A stretch of DNA of 64,000 nt, taken from Raillietiella orientalis. Its lineage: Eukaryota. The stretch spans positions 124,001-188,000 of the forward strand of contig JAYWIR010000066.1 of NCBI GenBank assembly GCA_036172245.1, read 5' to 3'. The position numbers were made by a program, and so were the translations under genes. The notes below the pieces were generated by a model, which had not been told where the DNA came from, made no database searches, and was given only the letters and a program-made list of their open reading frames with translations. The stretch's first letter is position 1, and the number at the start of each line of letters is the position of its first letter. This document shows positions 13,301 through 25,300 of the stretch, piece after piece.

Positions 13301-16300
13301 AGCGACGGTTCCAGGAACGCAACGGGGAAGGCGGAAGCAAACGCTCCCAGGCAGGATCCGATGAGGGTCCTGTTTCTGTCCAGCTCCGCTCGCACGAATC
13401 CCCTGGAGAGTAGGAGAACAGGCGTGGGGTCAAGTCCAGAGGCATAGGGAATACTTCAGGAGGACTACGGGTCGGCTTCTAGAGAGAGACGCAGGGTCCT
13501 TTTTTTAGCATCCCAGGGGACACAAGAAAAGAGCACGCCATTTGGCCTGTTGCGACCTCGACCGAATTTTGAACGGAAGCGAGCCTCGAGTCAATGTTTT
13601 TTTTTTTTTCGAGACTGTGACAAGATTTTGTGGGATGGTAGTGCCTGGCAGACCTCCGCATGGTTCGCACGATGCAGGGATTCGTCTTGTCGAATTCGTC
13701 TTGCAACGGTCCTCGCATGACGCGGCAACTGAGCTCCGTGCAACGCTGCTCCCATTTCGGCTGCTTTCAAAAGAGAACGCGAGCACGCCATCTAAGTGGT
13801 CCAGATCTTCCCGTTCTTTTCGCGTTATGGAGGGACCGAATGGCCCCACGCTTTGAAATCAGGGCTGGAAAAGTACCGTGCCGGCTGACAGCTGATTTTT
13901 TCTTTTTTTTTTTTTTCTAACGAGACCGGGTAAACGACATCGTTCTCAAAAGATGACGTCATACGGAAGATGCGAAAAAGGCGATGTCGCTGGAACTCAT
14001 TTTGGGGCGCTGGTTGAATACACGGAAAACCTTGACAGTTTTTTTTTTTTTTTTTTTTTTTTTACCTTTGGGTTAAATGATAAATGAACTTTTTAAAATT
14101 CTTTCTTGTTGCTCTGAATTGGAATAATAAATGCTCTACTGTTAATACACGTTTTATATTTTTTTTGTAAATACCATCCCATTATCTATGTATAACCTCC
14201 AGGGCTGATATAACGCGGCACATATCCGCCGTGCTGTAGGGAGATCCACTGTGATCATCCCAGCTTCTGCTAATAGATCTGAAGCGCGGTAGGATCGAGG
14301 AATAAATTGATGACGATGGGAGTGCGTCTGAGGAACGGAGAGAGGGGACAGGGTACGTTGGACCAAGGAACAGTTCCGTTCCCAAAGAGGGTGGGCATCG
14401 GTTTGGTTGTGTTCTCGCGTTGTGGAAGAAGGAAAGGAGATCAAAATGCCACCTACCAACTGGCGCTCAACTTGTAGTTCGTTCCCAGGTTCCACAGGCT
14501 GCTGAGAATTTTGTAACAGGCCACCTGGATGTCGTTAACTGGAAGACATGGCTGTGAATTACTTCCCGATCATCTCTTCCTTCCCGATGAAGGAAGGGAG
14601 GGAGGGGAATAAAATCAAGTGTCAGGTGCCGTCCTCCACCTCACCCAGTCTCACCCCGTTGTGGACTCGGAGAGGTCAAAAAGTATCCAGCCTCTCAGAG
14701 TCGTCAACGAATTTGTTGTTGAGGAAGTCCTTGACATGACAAAATAGCTCAAATTTTTCGAGCCAGGAAGATTTGAAATTTGCTTTAATTTTTTTTTTTT
14801 AAAAAAAAAAAAAAGATGCGAATCCTCAAAAAAGGGTCTACCTGAAAAAATCCCTGAGCATTCCGCTCTTTTTTTTTCTCTGGGTTTTCTCAGTCTCGGT
14901 TTGAAGTTCCTCAAGAATTCCGGAAAGTTCGTCTTCACCCCGGATTCTCCCAGACGTTGGAAAGACACCGCGCAAGAAGTTCTCGTGAATGTATGTACTG
15001 GACATCAGTCCAGGAAAGCGGAAAGAAAGCTTGAAGATGGTGCTGGCAGTATACATTGCTTAGACGCCCGTTGGCACTGCCGATGCATGTCCATGGTATC
15101 TCACTAGGACAGCGTTCTCCATTCGAAAGGTCGGATTGAAAACGGAGCCTCAGATGCTGTAGCAAAATGAGGCAAAGGGAAAAGGCAAAAGGATGTTGCT
15201 ACCGGCGGTCGCCAAGGGGCAGACAGTTACACTCTGGTTCGTGACCACAGGGAAAAGAGATTTCCGTCGGGAAGCCTCAAACAAATGCTGTCAGGGCACT
15301 GTGAGTGTCAGCATCCGTCTCTACACGAGAGCGTGCTCCCGGCAACATGAAGGATCGCTCCTTTCCTGGAATTCGGGCGCGTTTTTTCACCGCTGGTCCT
15401 TTGCTTTCTTTCCGTGCATCCTGCGCTCGGATTTCTCCTTGGTGGAACTCGCGTTCCGTTTGTGCAGGCAGCCGATCCTGAATGCTTGCTCGAACCCTGA
15501 GGACGCAACCTCGGCAACCGTCTGCGTCGAACCATTGAAGGTTTTTCCTCGCAGACGCTCGGAGATAAGAATCGTGGGTCCGGCGTGTTTCGAAGCATTA
15601 GTCGTCTGGACCATCTCTCGAACCGGAAGCCTCGATGATTTCCAAAGGTTTCCCGAGAGGAAGATCTGGTTTTCACGAAGGAACGAGCCTTGCTTTGGCA
15701 TCCCGGAAACCAGAGCAGCAACCGACAGAAGTCAGCAAATGACGGGAAGACGCTGCTGGTACTCGTATTAACGGTTCCAGGCATCTCGGATTTTCCGATT
15801 TTCTCTATTGCTCTTTTCTCTCATGCAACGGAAAGGGAAGTGAGGACTTCATTAATCGTTCTGCAACCTTCTGATGAGGAATCTCTTGAAGGGGGCACGA
15901 GACGAACGATGATGCGAACACATGGTCTCGGCGCGCGAACGAATCGCAAATAGGCTGTCGCCCTATTTTACCTACGCGTACATGATCGCGTCTGAGGTGC
16001 AGACAGGTGTTGGGTCCTCTTTTCGAGAATGTCAAAGAGGATCCTCATCCAGATGGAACTCGATGGTGATTCGCGACCCTTCTGATTCACTCCGCGCGCT
16101 CGCAAGCAGAAGAAGCTCGATGGAGCACCAACCCAGGCATCCAGTCACAGGCGAATCGAATCGGAAACTCCTGCAAAACTCCCCCAAAGAAATTTGCTGG
16201 GGGCCATCATCCAACAGCACGTTTCCGTCAAAGGGAAACCCGTTCAAGAACGCAATGCGTATCCGCGCGACCGTTGCGTTACTCGCCACCTCGACGCCCT

Positions 16301-19300
16301 CGATGAGCAAGTTCCCCCTTCAGAGCCTTAGGATCTCGCAGGCTGACGAAGGATTCCAGAAGCTGTCGACCTCCATCCAGTTCAGAGAGCCCTCGTTCGC
16401 TAAGTCCTCGAAGGCAACGTGATCGCTTGTGAGCACGGCTTCCTGGTCGTGGAACCAGACGGCGCTTCCCACCGCCGCCAAGTCGAACCCGTTCTGAGTG
16501 CCTCCGACGACCACGCCATCAAACATGGCGGAATCGACGATGGCCAGGTTCCTCTGCCACTCCGCAAAGGAATCCGCAAGGGAACGCATGTCCTGCACGG
16601 AGTGGCCATTGATCAGCCCACCGACCTCCAGGCTTTCGGACCTTGTCAGGGATGTCGCATGTACCGACCTGGAATCTTTTCTTCGATAGTTGCGTGGTCC
16701 GAGAGCAAGATACGCCTTTGAGCTCCCGTTCTTCAGCTTGCAAGGATTCAGCAACGAGTCCTCTGTGGTAAACGAAGTGCCCAAAAAAGCCGTCGCAAGA
16801 TCTTGGAAAAGCACCCAAGGCATCCTTGAGTCCACCGTCCAACAGCGGAATAGGATCAAAAAGGACACGAATTTCTCGTTGGATGATGCTTGCTGGAAGA
16901 ACGAGAGCAACCACAATCATCCCGGATGCAGAATTTCCTAGTAACGGAACCGCAGGCTGCCGAGATGTTTGCCTCTTCCTCGGAAGGTGTTCCTCAGCAG
17001 GAAATGCAGTCAAGGTGCGAGACCGGAGGACGGACCCCAGACGAAGTCCACGAACCACCCAAGGAAGCGGCAGTCTTCCTTTGCAAACGACTTTTACCTA
17101 AAAGGTCCTTTCCGTAGGCAGGCCCCAGATGATCGAACAGGGCGGCCAGGACGGGGAGTATCACCAGCTGCAGGTAATTGATGGAGAAGGAGGTTCTCAG
17201 GTGGGTGCCCCTGACGTAGCTGTACTTGTGCTGAAAGAGGATGCCGCTATCCGCCATCAGTGTGTGACCCGGAACAGATGCTCACGTTGGTGATGGACTG
17301 GATCATCTGGCACAGGTCGTCGGCCACGCAGTTGAAGAAGGTCAGCATGGAGGTCCGGATGAACTCGGGGCAGTGCTTGGTGAGCGTCCTGATGAGCAAT
17401 TAAACGACAAGAGTGAGCGGGACCGCACGCACTCGGTGTCGGCGAGGTCGAAGACTCGCCTTGCGCTTTCATCGGGCGGTGACTGGAGCGAACCTGCCGC
17501 CATCGCACTCTGAACGTCGGCGAGAAGACCGACCGGGAGTGGGTCCTGAGCTGTTCGCGGGGAAAGAGATTTCCAGGCAAGGCACCGGCAAGAGGGCATG
17601 CAGCCTTTGCACTGGGAACGCTCGCAAGGAAAGACGAAGAGATCGACGAAAGACAAGGACCAACCGCGGTCGTCCGCCCTGCTAGACCGCTGCTTGACGG
17701 CCGACAGAAAGGAAACCGACACCCGCTCTGTTCGCGCGTTTCCTTGGACATCGAAGCATCTGGAGCGCATTGCGCCATGGTCAGGAGCGGTGACTACCCC
17801 CTTCCTCCTCTCAAAGTTCTTCTCGTGTTTCACAGTATTCTAAGCAGCGACTTTCCGATGCTTGAGGTCGCCGAAAATCGGCCGCCATCCGGACGAGGGT
17901 TGCCGCGCGAGGGACTTTCTGAGCAGCTATCGATGCCCCAAAGCATCTAGCGCGCTGCAACTTCTGACGTGAAGCTGACCGAAACAAGACGCTGTGACCT
18001 CCCGTGCGAAGCGTTTCCTGCGAGACCGCAGGGATCAGGTAATCCCCAGGAGGCTGGACTACGCGTTCAGCTCGCTGACGCCTCCACAAAAGTGACCCCC
18101 CCCAGAGGACTCGTTCTCTGGGATGAACCCTAAGGAGTCTCACGTGAAGGGTAGGCAGTGTGCGCTCTAAGGGATCCCCCCTTCCCTCATGTGGCGGAAG
18201 TCGGCTGCTGATGTTGCGCTAGGAGCTCCTGCGCCGTCCCCACTGGACAGGGGGGAGCGCCAGTCCCGGTGGGACCGGGACTGCTCCGGGTTTGGGGAGG
18301 AGGTGGCCTTTCCATGGCTTCCGGTAACGCACGTACTGTCCCGCGGGTATCGTGGGACAGTTCCTCCGCGTCCCTTCCCTCCCCAGCACAACCCAACGGA
18401 CGTCGCGCAGAATGCCTAGGGTCAACTGCCACGGGGCGCGCGGGGCCTTCGTCAAGAAAGGGCGGCGCGACAGGGGAGCCACCGCCCTCTTCGCAGCTCG
18501 GATCCGAACGTGCCTCCCAAGAGAGGAGCCACCTGCCGGGACACCAAGAGGAGCCCGCCGGCATCCTGCAAAGGATTCGGAAAACTCCATATCGCGGGGA
18601 TGTGGACCCCTCCCCTCTCACCCCATTTCCGCCGGACTGCTTATCTTATCCCCTGAGCCCCCTCCCCCACGTGGGGTTGTGTACCTCATCTTCGTCCCTC
18701 GGACGATGGTTGAGCGCACAACGAGCGTCTTCGCAAGCGCTGCGCAACGGACCGCGTGACGCGCCCTTCTGCGCCCTCCTCCCCCATGATCTGTTCGTCC
18801 GACCGTAAACCATCCGTACCCTCCGTTGATCCCGGCATGCCGCCGGAATCTTGCGACGACCCTGTGCGCTCGCGGCAGCGGATGCGAAGGCGAACCGGCG
18901 GGGGACCTGGGTCCTCTTGCAAGCCACACCCCACGGCACCCTGTGCACGCGGGTGGCGAACCGCCCCTCGTCAAGGCGCGCTTACGTAACCCGCCATTCC
19001 GATCGCATTCCCCTCCCTCCGCTTCTGGCCTCTTCCTCTGCCGTCCCCTGCCCTCCTGAGCGGAAGACTACTCCCTCAGGGTGCTTCGGAGCATCAGTGG
19101 CAGCAAGTGAAGGTGTCGTCCGAACGGGCGCGACCAGCTGCCCCCGGTCCTTGCTCTCGCCTTCCGGGTTGCTTCGGAGAGCGGCTGCCGACCTCGGCGG
19201 GATGCGCGCGACCCCATCCCGGAGGGAGGATTAGACCGCTCGGACGAGGGAAATTCCGAGCTCCCAGGAAGAAGGGGAAGGCAGAAGAGACCTCAGACGG

Positions 19301-22300
19301 GAAGAGGGTCAGTTATCTAAAGGATGATGATGGGTAGGAGGGAGGGAAGAGCTCCGGAGGGAGTCTGGCACGCGGAATGCGTCGCAAAGCGCGAGACGTG
19401 GGCATCTCTTTCGCCTGCCAGGGTGCAAAACGAGGTTATCCCTCACAGGACGAAGGAGGAGGGGTCGAGCAGCTTCGGGTGCTCCGAGGCACCTTCCGTG
19501 CGACGATGAACAATTTCGGTTCGCTGGCTGCAGATCTCTTCATGCAACCCGATACGCGAGTCTCTGACGGGTACGTGCGGAAGATGGGAGGAATTGCTGG
19601 ACCACACCTCCGAGAGATTAGTCCGTAAATTGTGGGGCGATCACGAAGAAGCTTAGGTGAGAGAGAATAAACAGGGGTATCTCGGCTAGCAGCTTCCTTT
19701 TCGGAAACGGATTTGACTCGGAAGCTGGATGCAGTGCCTCGGGGAGGAAAGAAAGAGGTCACTCCTGACGTCCCTCGTCCCTTCCCAACGCCATTGCTGG
19801 GTGCTCGCAAGGTCGAGAGACGTTCGATCTCTGCTTACCAGAGCAATGGGTGTCGACGGCCCGTAGGCAGGACCCTTGCGAACGGATCCGAAGCCGGACT
19901 GTGTGACTCAGGGAAGAAGGGACATCCGGAGTAAGCACTGGTCTCCAGACTCTCCTCTCTGAGTGTCCATCAACAGCGCCGGACAAGGCAAAGCAGAAGA
20001 ACCGGGGCCAGGCGCTGGGGAGTGACCGTCCGCTTCGCCTCCGGGGGAGTCCTCCCGACAGTGGGAGCGTGGATCGCGGAAAGTCTTGGATCCCGAGCAA
20101 GGAAGCGCCGGAGGGCATTGGAAATTCCCAAGGAGCCGTGGCGGAGAGGGGGTACAGGAAACGTTAGATGGGTCGCCGCTCGTGCCGGAAGGATGCTGGA
20201 AGGATCTCCAGGAAGGGTTGAAGGAACGAGGGGAGGGAGAAGGGGGTGATGGGATGTCCCCTTTCCATCTCTGCGAATTCCCGCTTCCGCGTTACTTCGT
20301 TCATGAAGATCCGGGTACAACCAGAGGTGGAGGACCTGCCGAATCACCTGGTCCAGTCAAGATCGCTCGAAAATCTTGTGGTTCATCGAGCAGAGAGAGG
20401 AGAGTTCACCCCCTCACCATTCCGTGCCTTTCCGCGAAGTGTTTTTTCCTCCTTTTCTTTAAAAGGTGTTGCAACGTTCCTTGTTGAGGACCTACGCTTC
20501 GCGCGCTTTTCCTAGGACAATGTACAAGGGGCAGTACACTGTACACTGTACAGCAAGTGGCAAAAACCCGAAAAAGGATCATGACCTTTCCGGGGGTCGA
20601 GCTCACCTGACGTCCACGGCTCTGATCAGCACCTGCAAGCATCGAACGGTGGTTCCTATGCAACCGCTCAGGGCCGCCATCTTCATGCGCACGAAACCCG
20701 CGAGCTTGCAGAATAAGCTGGAAGAAGTGAGGGGCCAATCGGGCTGGGCTGGAGCGACCCGCCGTCCACCGCCTTCCGCCTACCTGGCCACCATCTCCTT
20801 CTCTTTTAAGGAAGCCGTCCCTCCTTGAGCGCCAACCGCGGTCAGGGCAGTCGTGAAGTAGTGCTTCGTTGTCTTGAAGTACTCTTCGATGAACCTCAGG
20901 ATGACCTACGGGGGGAGGAGGAAAGAAAAAATGGGTGCGATTCGTGCCAGGTCCGCGGTGGTTCGGCTTGCTAACGGGAGTGCTCGGAGCGGGTCGTTGC
21001 CTGGCAGATTTCGTGCCGCTCGGGTTGACTGCTGACAGCCAAACCGCCCGCGCCCGTCTTCGCTCTCGAGCAGGTGCCCCGAGGTCATTCCGTCCGACTG
21101 GTTCTGGAGTTCACGACACCGGAGGAAATCGCGCCAGGCTCCATGGCGACCTGGCAGCGCCAGATCTACCGGCGTGATCCCCTCTGTGACCTGACCCTGC
21201 GACGACGGCGGCTTCAGTGGAAAACGTTCGGATGCCGATGGAGCCAGTGCCGAGAGTGAAGGGGGGAAGGTGATGGAGGCTCGTCGTTCTGCATCCATCT
21301 CGGAGGAGGCTGTCGCTTATGACCAGCGAACCACAACGCGAAAATGCTACAACATTTCTCTTTGCAGAAGGCTCGCACTGTTGACCTGCTCAACCATTCG
21401 GAGCGGATGCACATGAGGATGTTCCAAACGAAGAAGAAAGTCAAAATAACCCCTAGAATGGGGCTGTACGTGAGGACGACTCCAGGACCTTAGAAGAACC
21501 CACTGCCGGTCCCGCTGCTTGCTGGACCACTCTTCGGACTCACAGGAGGCTCTCGAGGGCGTGAGCGTGACGGTCGTTATACACGCTCCTGCCTGCGGGG
21601 CAGTCTACGTCGCCTGGGCAACAACAGGGCGCACCGTGAAAACGAGTCAGGAGGCAGTCCTCGGTCTCGTGTGCACCATTCGATCTGAGGCAGCTCACCT
21701 GGGTTTGACCAGGTGAGCTGCCACTTCGCGGCGTCGCCTCCGGCACGCAGAACCCTCCGTTTCTCGATCGCAAGCGCCTTCTCCCGGCAGACGTGGCGGT
21801 CTCCAGCAGCCACTGCATCAGGATGAGGGAATTCGTAGCGCCTTGATGACCGTGCGATGTGGAGGTGACCACCCTACCGACCCGCCTCCACACACCGAAA
21901 GCGCTTGGCGCCCACGCGGAGCGCATGGAAGGGATTCCCCGCCACCGCCTCCTCTTCCTGTCTTCCCGGTGCCGAGGAAGGGCTTCCCCACGACGGGCAC
22001 CAGTCACCCGCCGTCCTTGGTCATCCGCCGCCTTCGAGTAGCCCCGGCACCGAAACGGATTTGAAACCGCACCACGGAGCCATCATCATCCCAGCAACAG
22101 AGCGCCCGCTGGAGGGTACACAACGGGATCTCACGAAATGGGCACCGAATACCCCTAGACTGGGCCCGGGGGAACGTGACGAGGGCAGCTGACCGGGTGG
22201 GCATCGGGAACTCACGGCAGGACTCGGTGCCGTTCGACTACGGCGTTACGTGTTTGCGCCCCAGGGCTGCACCGGCTGACAGGCAATCCCGACATAATCC

Positions 22301-25300
22301 TGGACGAGTTCGGAGCTTGTCCTCTGGCCCTTCCTGCGCCAGGGTGCGACCAATGTCAGACGCCAAAGGACATGCGGGTGACGCATTCCTGAACCGCTTT
22401 AACGGGTGGACGGGGAGATCGAATCGACCTGCTGTTGCATTGTGGTACATTCCTCCGCGGCGGGAGGCAGCCTTCTTGCACCCGGGAGGACTCTCTTCTT
22501 CATGTGGTTCTTCCACATCTCGAGGACTCTTGGCCGGCAGACTGCCGTCCGTCCGGTGCTGCATCCGTGCAGCGGTGGCGGCGTCGTTTCTTCACTTGGC
22601 GCATTTTGATGAAAGCCTTGGGAGCGACCGGGCTGGAGACAACGGCTAAGCAGAACCAGTCCAGGGGCATTGTTCCAGCGCCCCACTTTCCTAGTGGTGT
22701 GACAAAGAAGTTTCCGGAAAGACACCGTTTGGACCGCTCCGGAAGAGCATCCTGGAAATAGGCCGGCAGCGAGCCCTTGCAGGGAGCTCCCGCCATACTC
22801 GGAACGGCGAATTCTTTCCAGCCAACGAGGAGGAAGACGGAATGGCTCGCCTCAGCAGCCGCGTCCCGCCTACCACGTTTCCGATCGCTGGTGGGCGCGG
22901 CAAACGCGGATGTCCCCTGCCGGTGGACTCGCCCTGGCCGCTGCGCGCCTAATCTGCCATCTCCCCACCTTGCCTTTTCTCGCGGGCGTTCCGCGGTTTT
23001 TGAGCAAGGACTGCGCGAGGGGTTCCCTTGGGACATCCTCGCAGCCCGCTGCCCTCCTGAAACTTCCGGCATGGCATCCGGACGATGAAGGCAGGGACGG
23101 CAGAGCGCTCCCTGTGCTGCTTTCCACCTGAGACTCGCGACTGAATGTCCCTTTCCTCCCGTCAATGGGAGGAGGAGGGATGAAGCAAACCGGCGGCTGA
23201 GTTCAGGGTGCCAAATGCGGGACCCGCTATTTCGATTCCGTCTCGCTCGCTGGCGCGGAGCCAGCGAGCACGCAAGTCGGTTAGCAGCAGCGATTCGACG
23301 CGCGAACTCGAATGGAAACGCGGCGGCAAACCCTGAACTTTCCTTCTTGTGCCGTTCCGTTCGTCAACACGTGAAGCGACCCCGGGGTAGCGCTGCTGTG
23401 CGGAGCATCATCACCGACCTTCGTGAAGAACTTGACGTCCTTTGGGATTCCCCGGAAACTGTTTCTGTGGGTGTAGTTTATGGAAGGCTTTAGAAGCTTC
23501 AAGTTGATGGCAGCTCGGTCGAGGTAATGGAGCAGCTTTTCCAAAAGGCAGTACGAAAACCTCTTCTGCACCAGGGTCCCCTCTGTGAGGTTGCATTCCT
23601 CCGACGATTGTGATATGAAGATGGACGACTTCCTCGATCTGGAAGCGCAGGATGCACCCCGCTCCGAGCGTGGAGGCAGAACAGGTTGAGAGCCGGAAGA
23701 GAAGCAAAGAGCGGCGAGAACAAGAGCGTCCAAGCAGGAACACCGGGAGAAGCGGTCAGGAAGGATGGTTAAGAGCCCACGAGGTACCGAAACGAGTTGC
23801 AGCCCCACACATGCGCACCTGTGCAGCGTGCATCCTTGGTACTGGAGGAACTTGAGCAGCTCCGTCGCCCTCTCGCGATTCTTGCGCTTCTCTTTGTCTG
23901 TAAGCAGATCGTAGGGCACCAGCTGCGGATGCCCGATCCCTCCTAGAAGGAAAAAAATTCAGTGTTTTCATTTTTCATTCCTCTCGAGAGGAGTCCACCA
24001 AGCAGAACACAACTGCTGAGACCTGGCGGCACTGGCGGCAATGTCCCGCGCCCACAGCTGAACAAGCGGTCGAAGACAGGTCGCAGGCCTTAGCGCAAAA
24101 AGCAAAGCCACACGCCCCTCCACCTCGAGAAGATCAGCGGGATGGAACCAGCATGAATCTCCGCTAGAGGCAACGGAGAAAAGGGCCGTTTGTGCGATCG
24201 CTGCAACAGGTTGGTGCGTCGTATCGACAACAAGGACGCTCACGGAGCGCGTCGGCTCCGTCCGGTGCGTCACCCTTGCCAACCGAAGCAGTCCGACAAG
24301 CATCCTTCCGTTGGTTGCTGCTTCTGGGACCGATACCTGGGTCAAGAGGGGACGTGCAGGAGCGATGCCGGCTTTCCGAAGTGGCCGGCCGCCTTCACCG
24401 CGAGACGGGTTCGCAAGAAGGGCCACGTTCGCTTTCTGTCGCGGCACTCTGGGCGCAATGTCCATCCCCTCTGCGCTTTCCTGCCCTTGAGAGAGGGGGG
24501 CCCTTTGGACGTGGCCAGCTGTAAACTCATCTTCAACTGCCCATCAGAAGAAAGCACCTGCCATCGTCATGGACCAGCGGGGTGCAACCTTCCCCCCATC
24601 AACTGGCCGCCGGTGGACTCGGCCCCGCGCGCGCGAATCAACAATGGGGCGTGTCGGTTCCGTCCGTTACGTCACTCTCGCACCAGCCAGAACGATATGA
24701 GCCCTCGGGTGGACGGAGCCGTGGTTGAGAGCCTTTCGGGAAGATTCCGGAAGGTTCTCCGAGACGAGCGTGCTGCTTCCCGCACACGTGGCGCACGCGG
24801 GCTCGGGCAGGAAGAGACGCGCGCCAGGTGGCGCCCCTACGTGTGCACGTGCATGCTCTTCCGTGTACTCATGTGCTGACCGTTTCGGAGGGAGGGAGGC
24901 GCCGCGTGTTGCCGAGGTGATGGCTGCAGTGGCAAGCAGGTGCCGTGCTGGAGGTGCGGTCTGCTCTGGCTGAACGGAATGCGTGGAACCGCGCCCACGA
25001 AAGCAGAATCACTCTTCCCCTTGACCAATCCTTCGGGCATTTCGGGCCCGCTTCGATGGCGAACCGACTCGTATCCTCGGAATCCGGAAGTCCTCGAAGA
25101 TCCCAGGGCAACCTTTCTGTTCTTAGAGGGCCGTAGGTTGCCAACCGCTGATCTTTATGAACATTCGATAGAGCAAAGCGTTATGGATGATGCGGAAGGG
25201 GAAAAGTGAAGAACGAGGAAAGAAACTCTCGTCGTTGCTGTCCATTTTTCTGGAACTGACGGGAAACAAGAACCGAAATCCCGCCCTTTCGTGGGCCGCT

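Noticed and set aside
19480..19640. Patatin-like fragment (PPIFRTYP)
   Set aside because: Too short to distinguish from chance.
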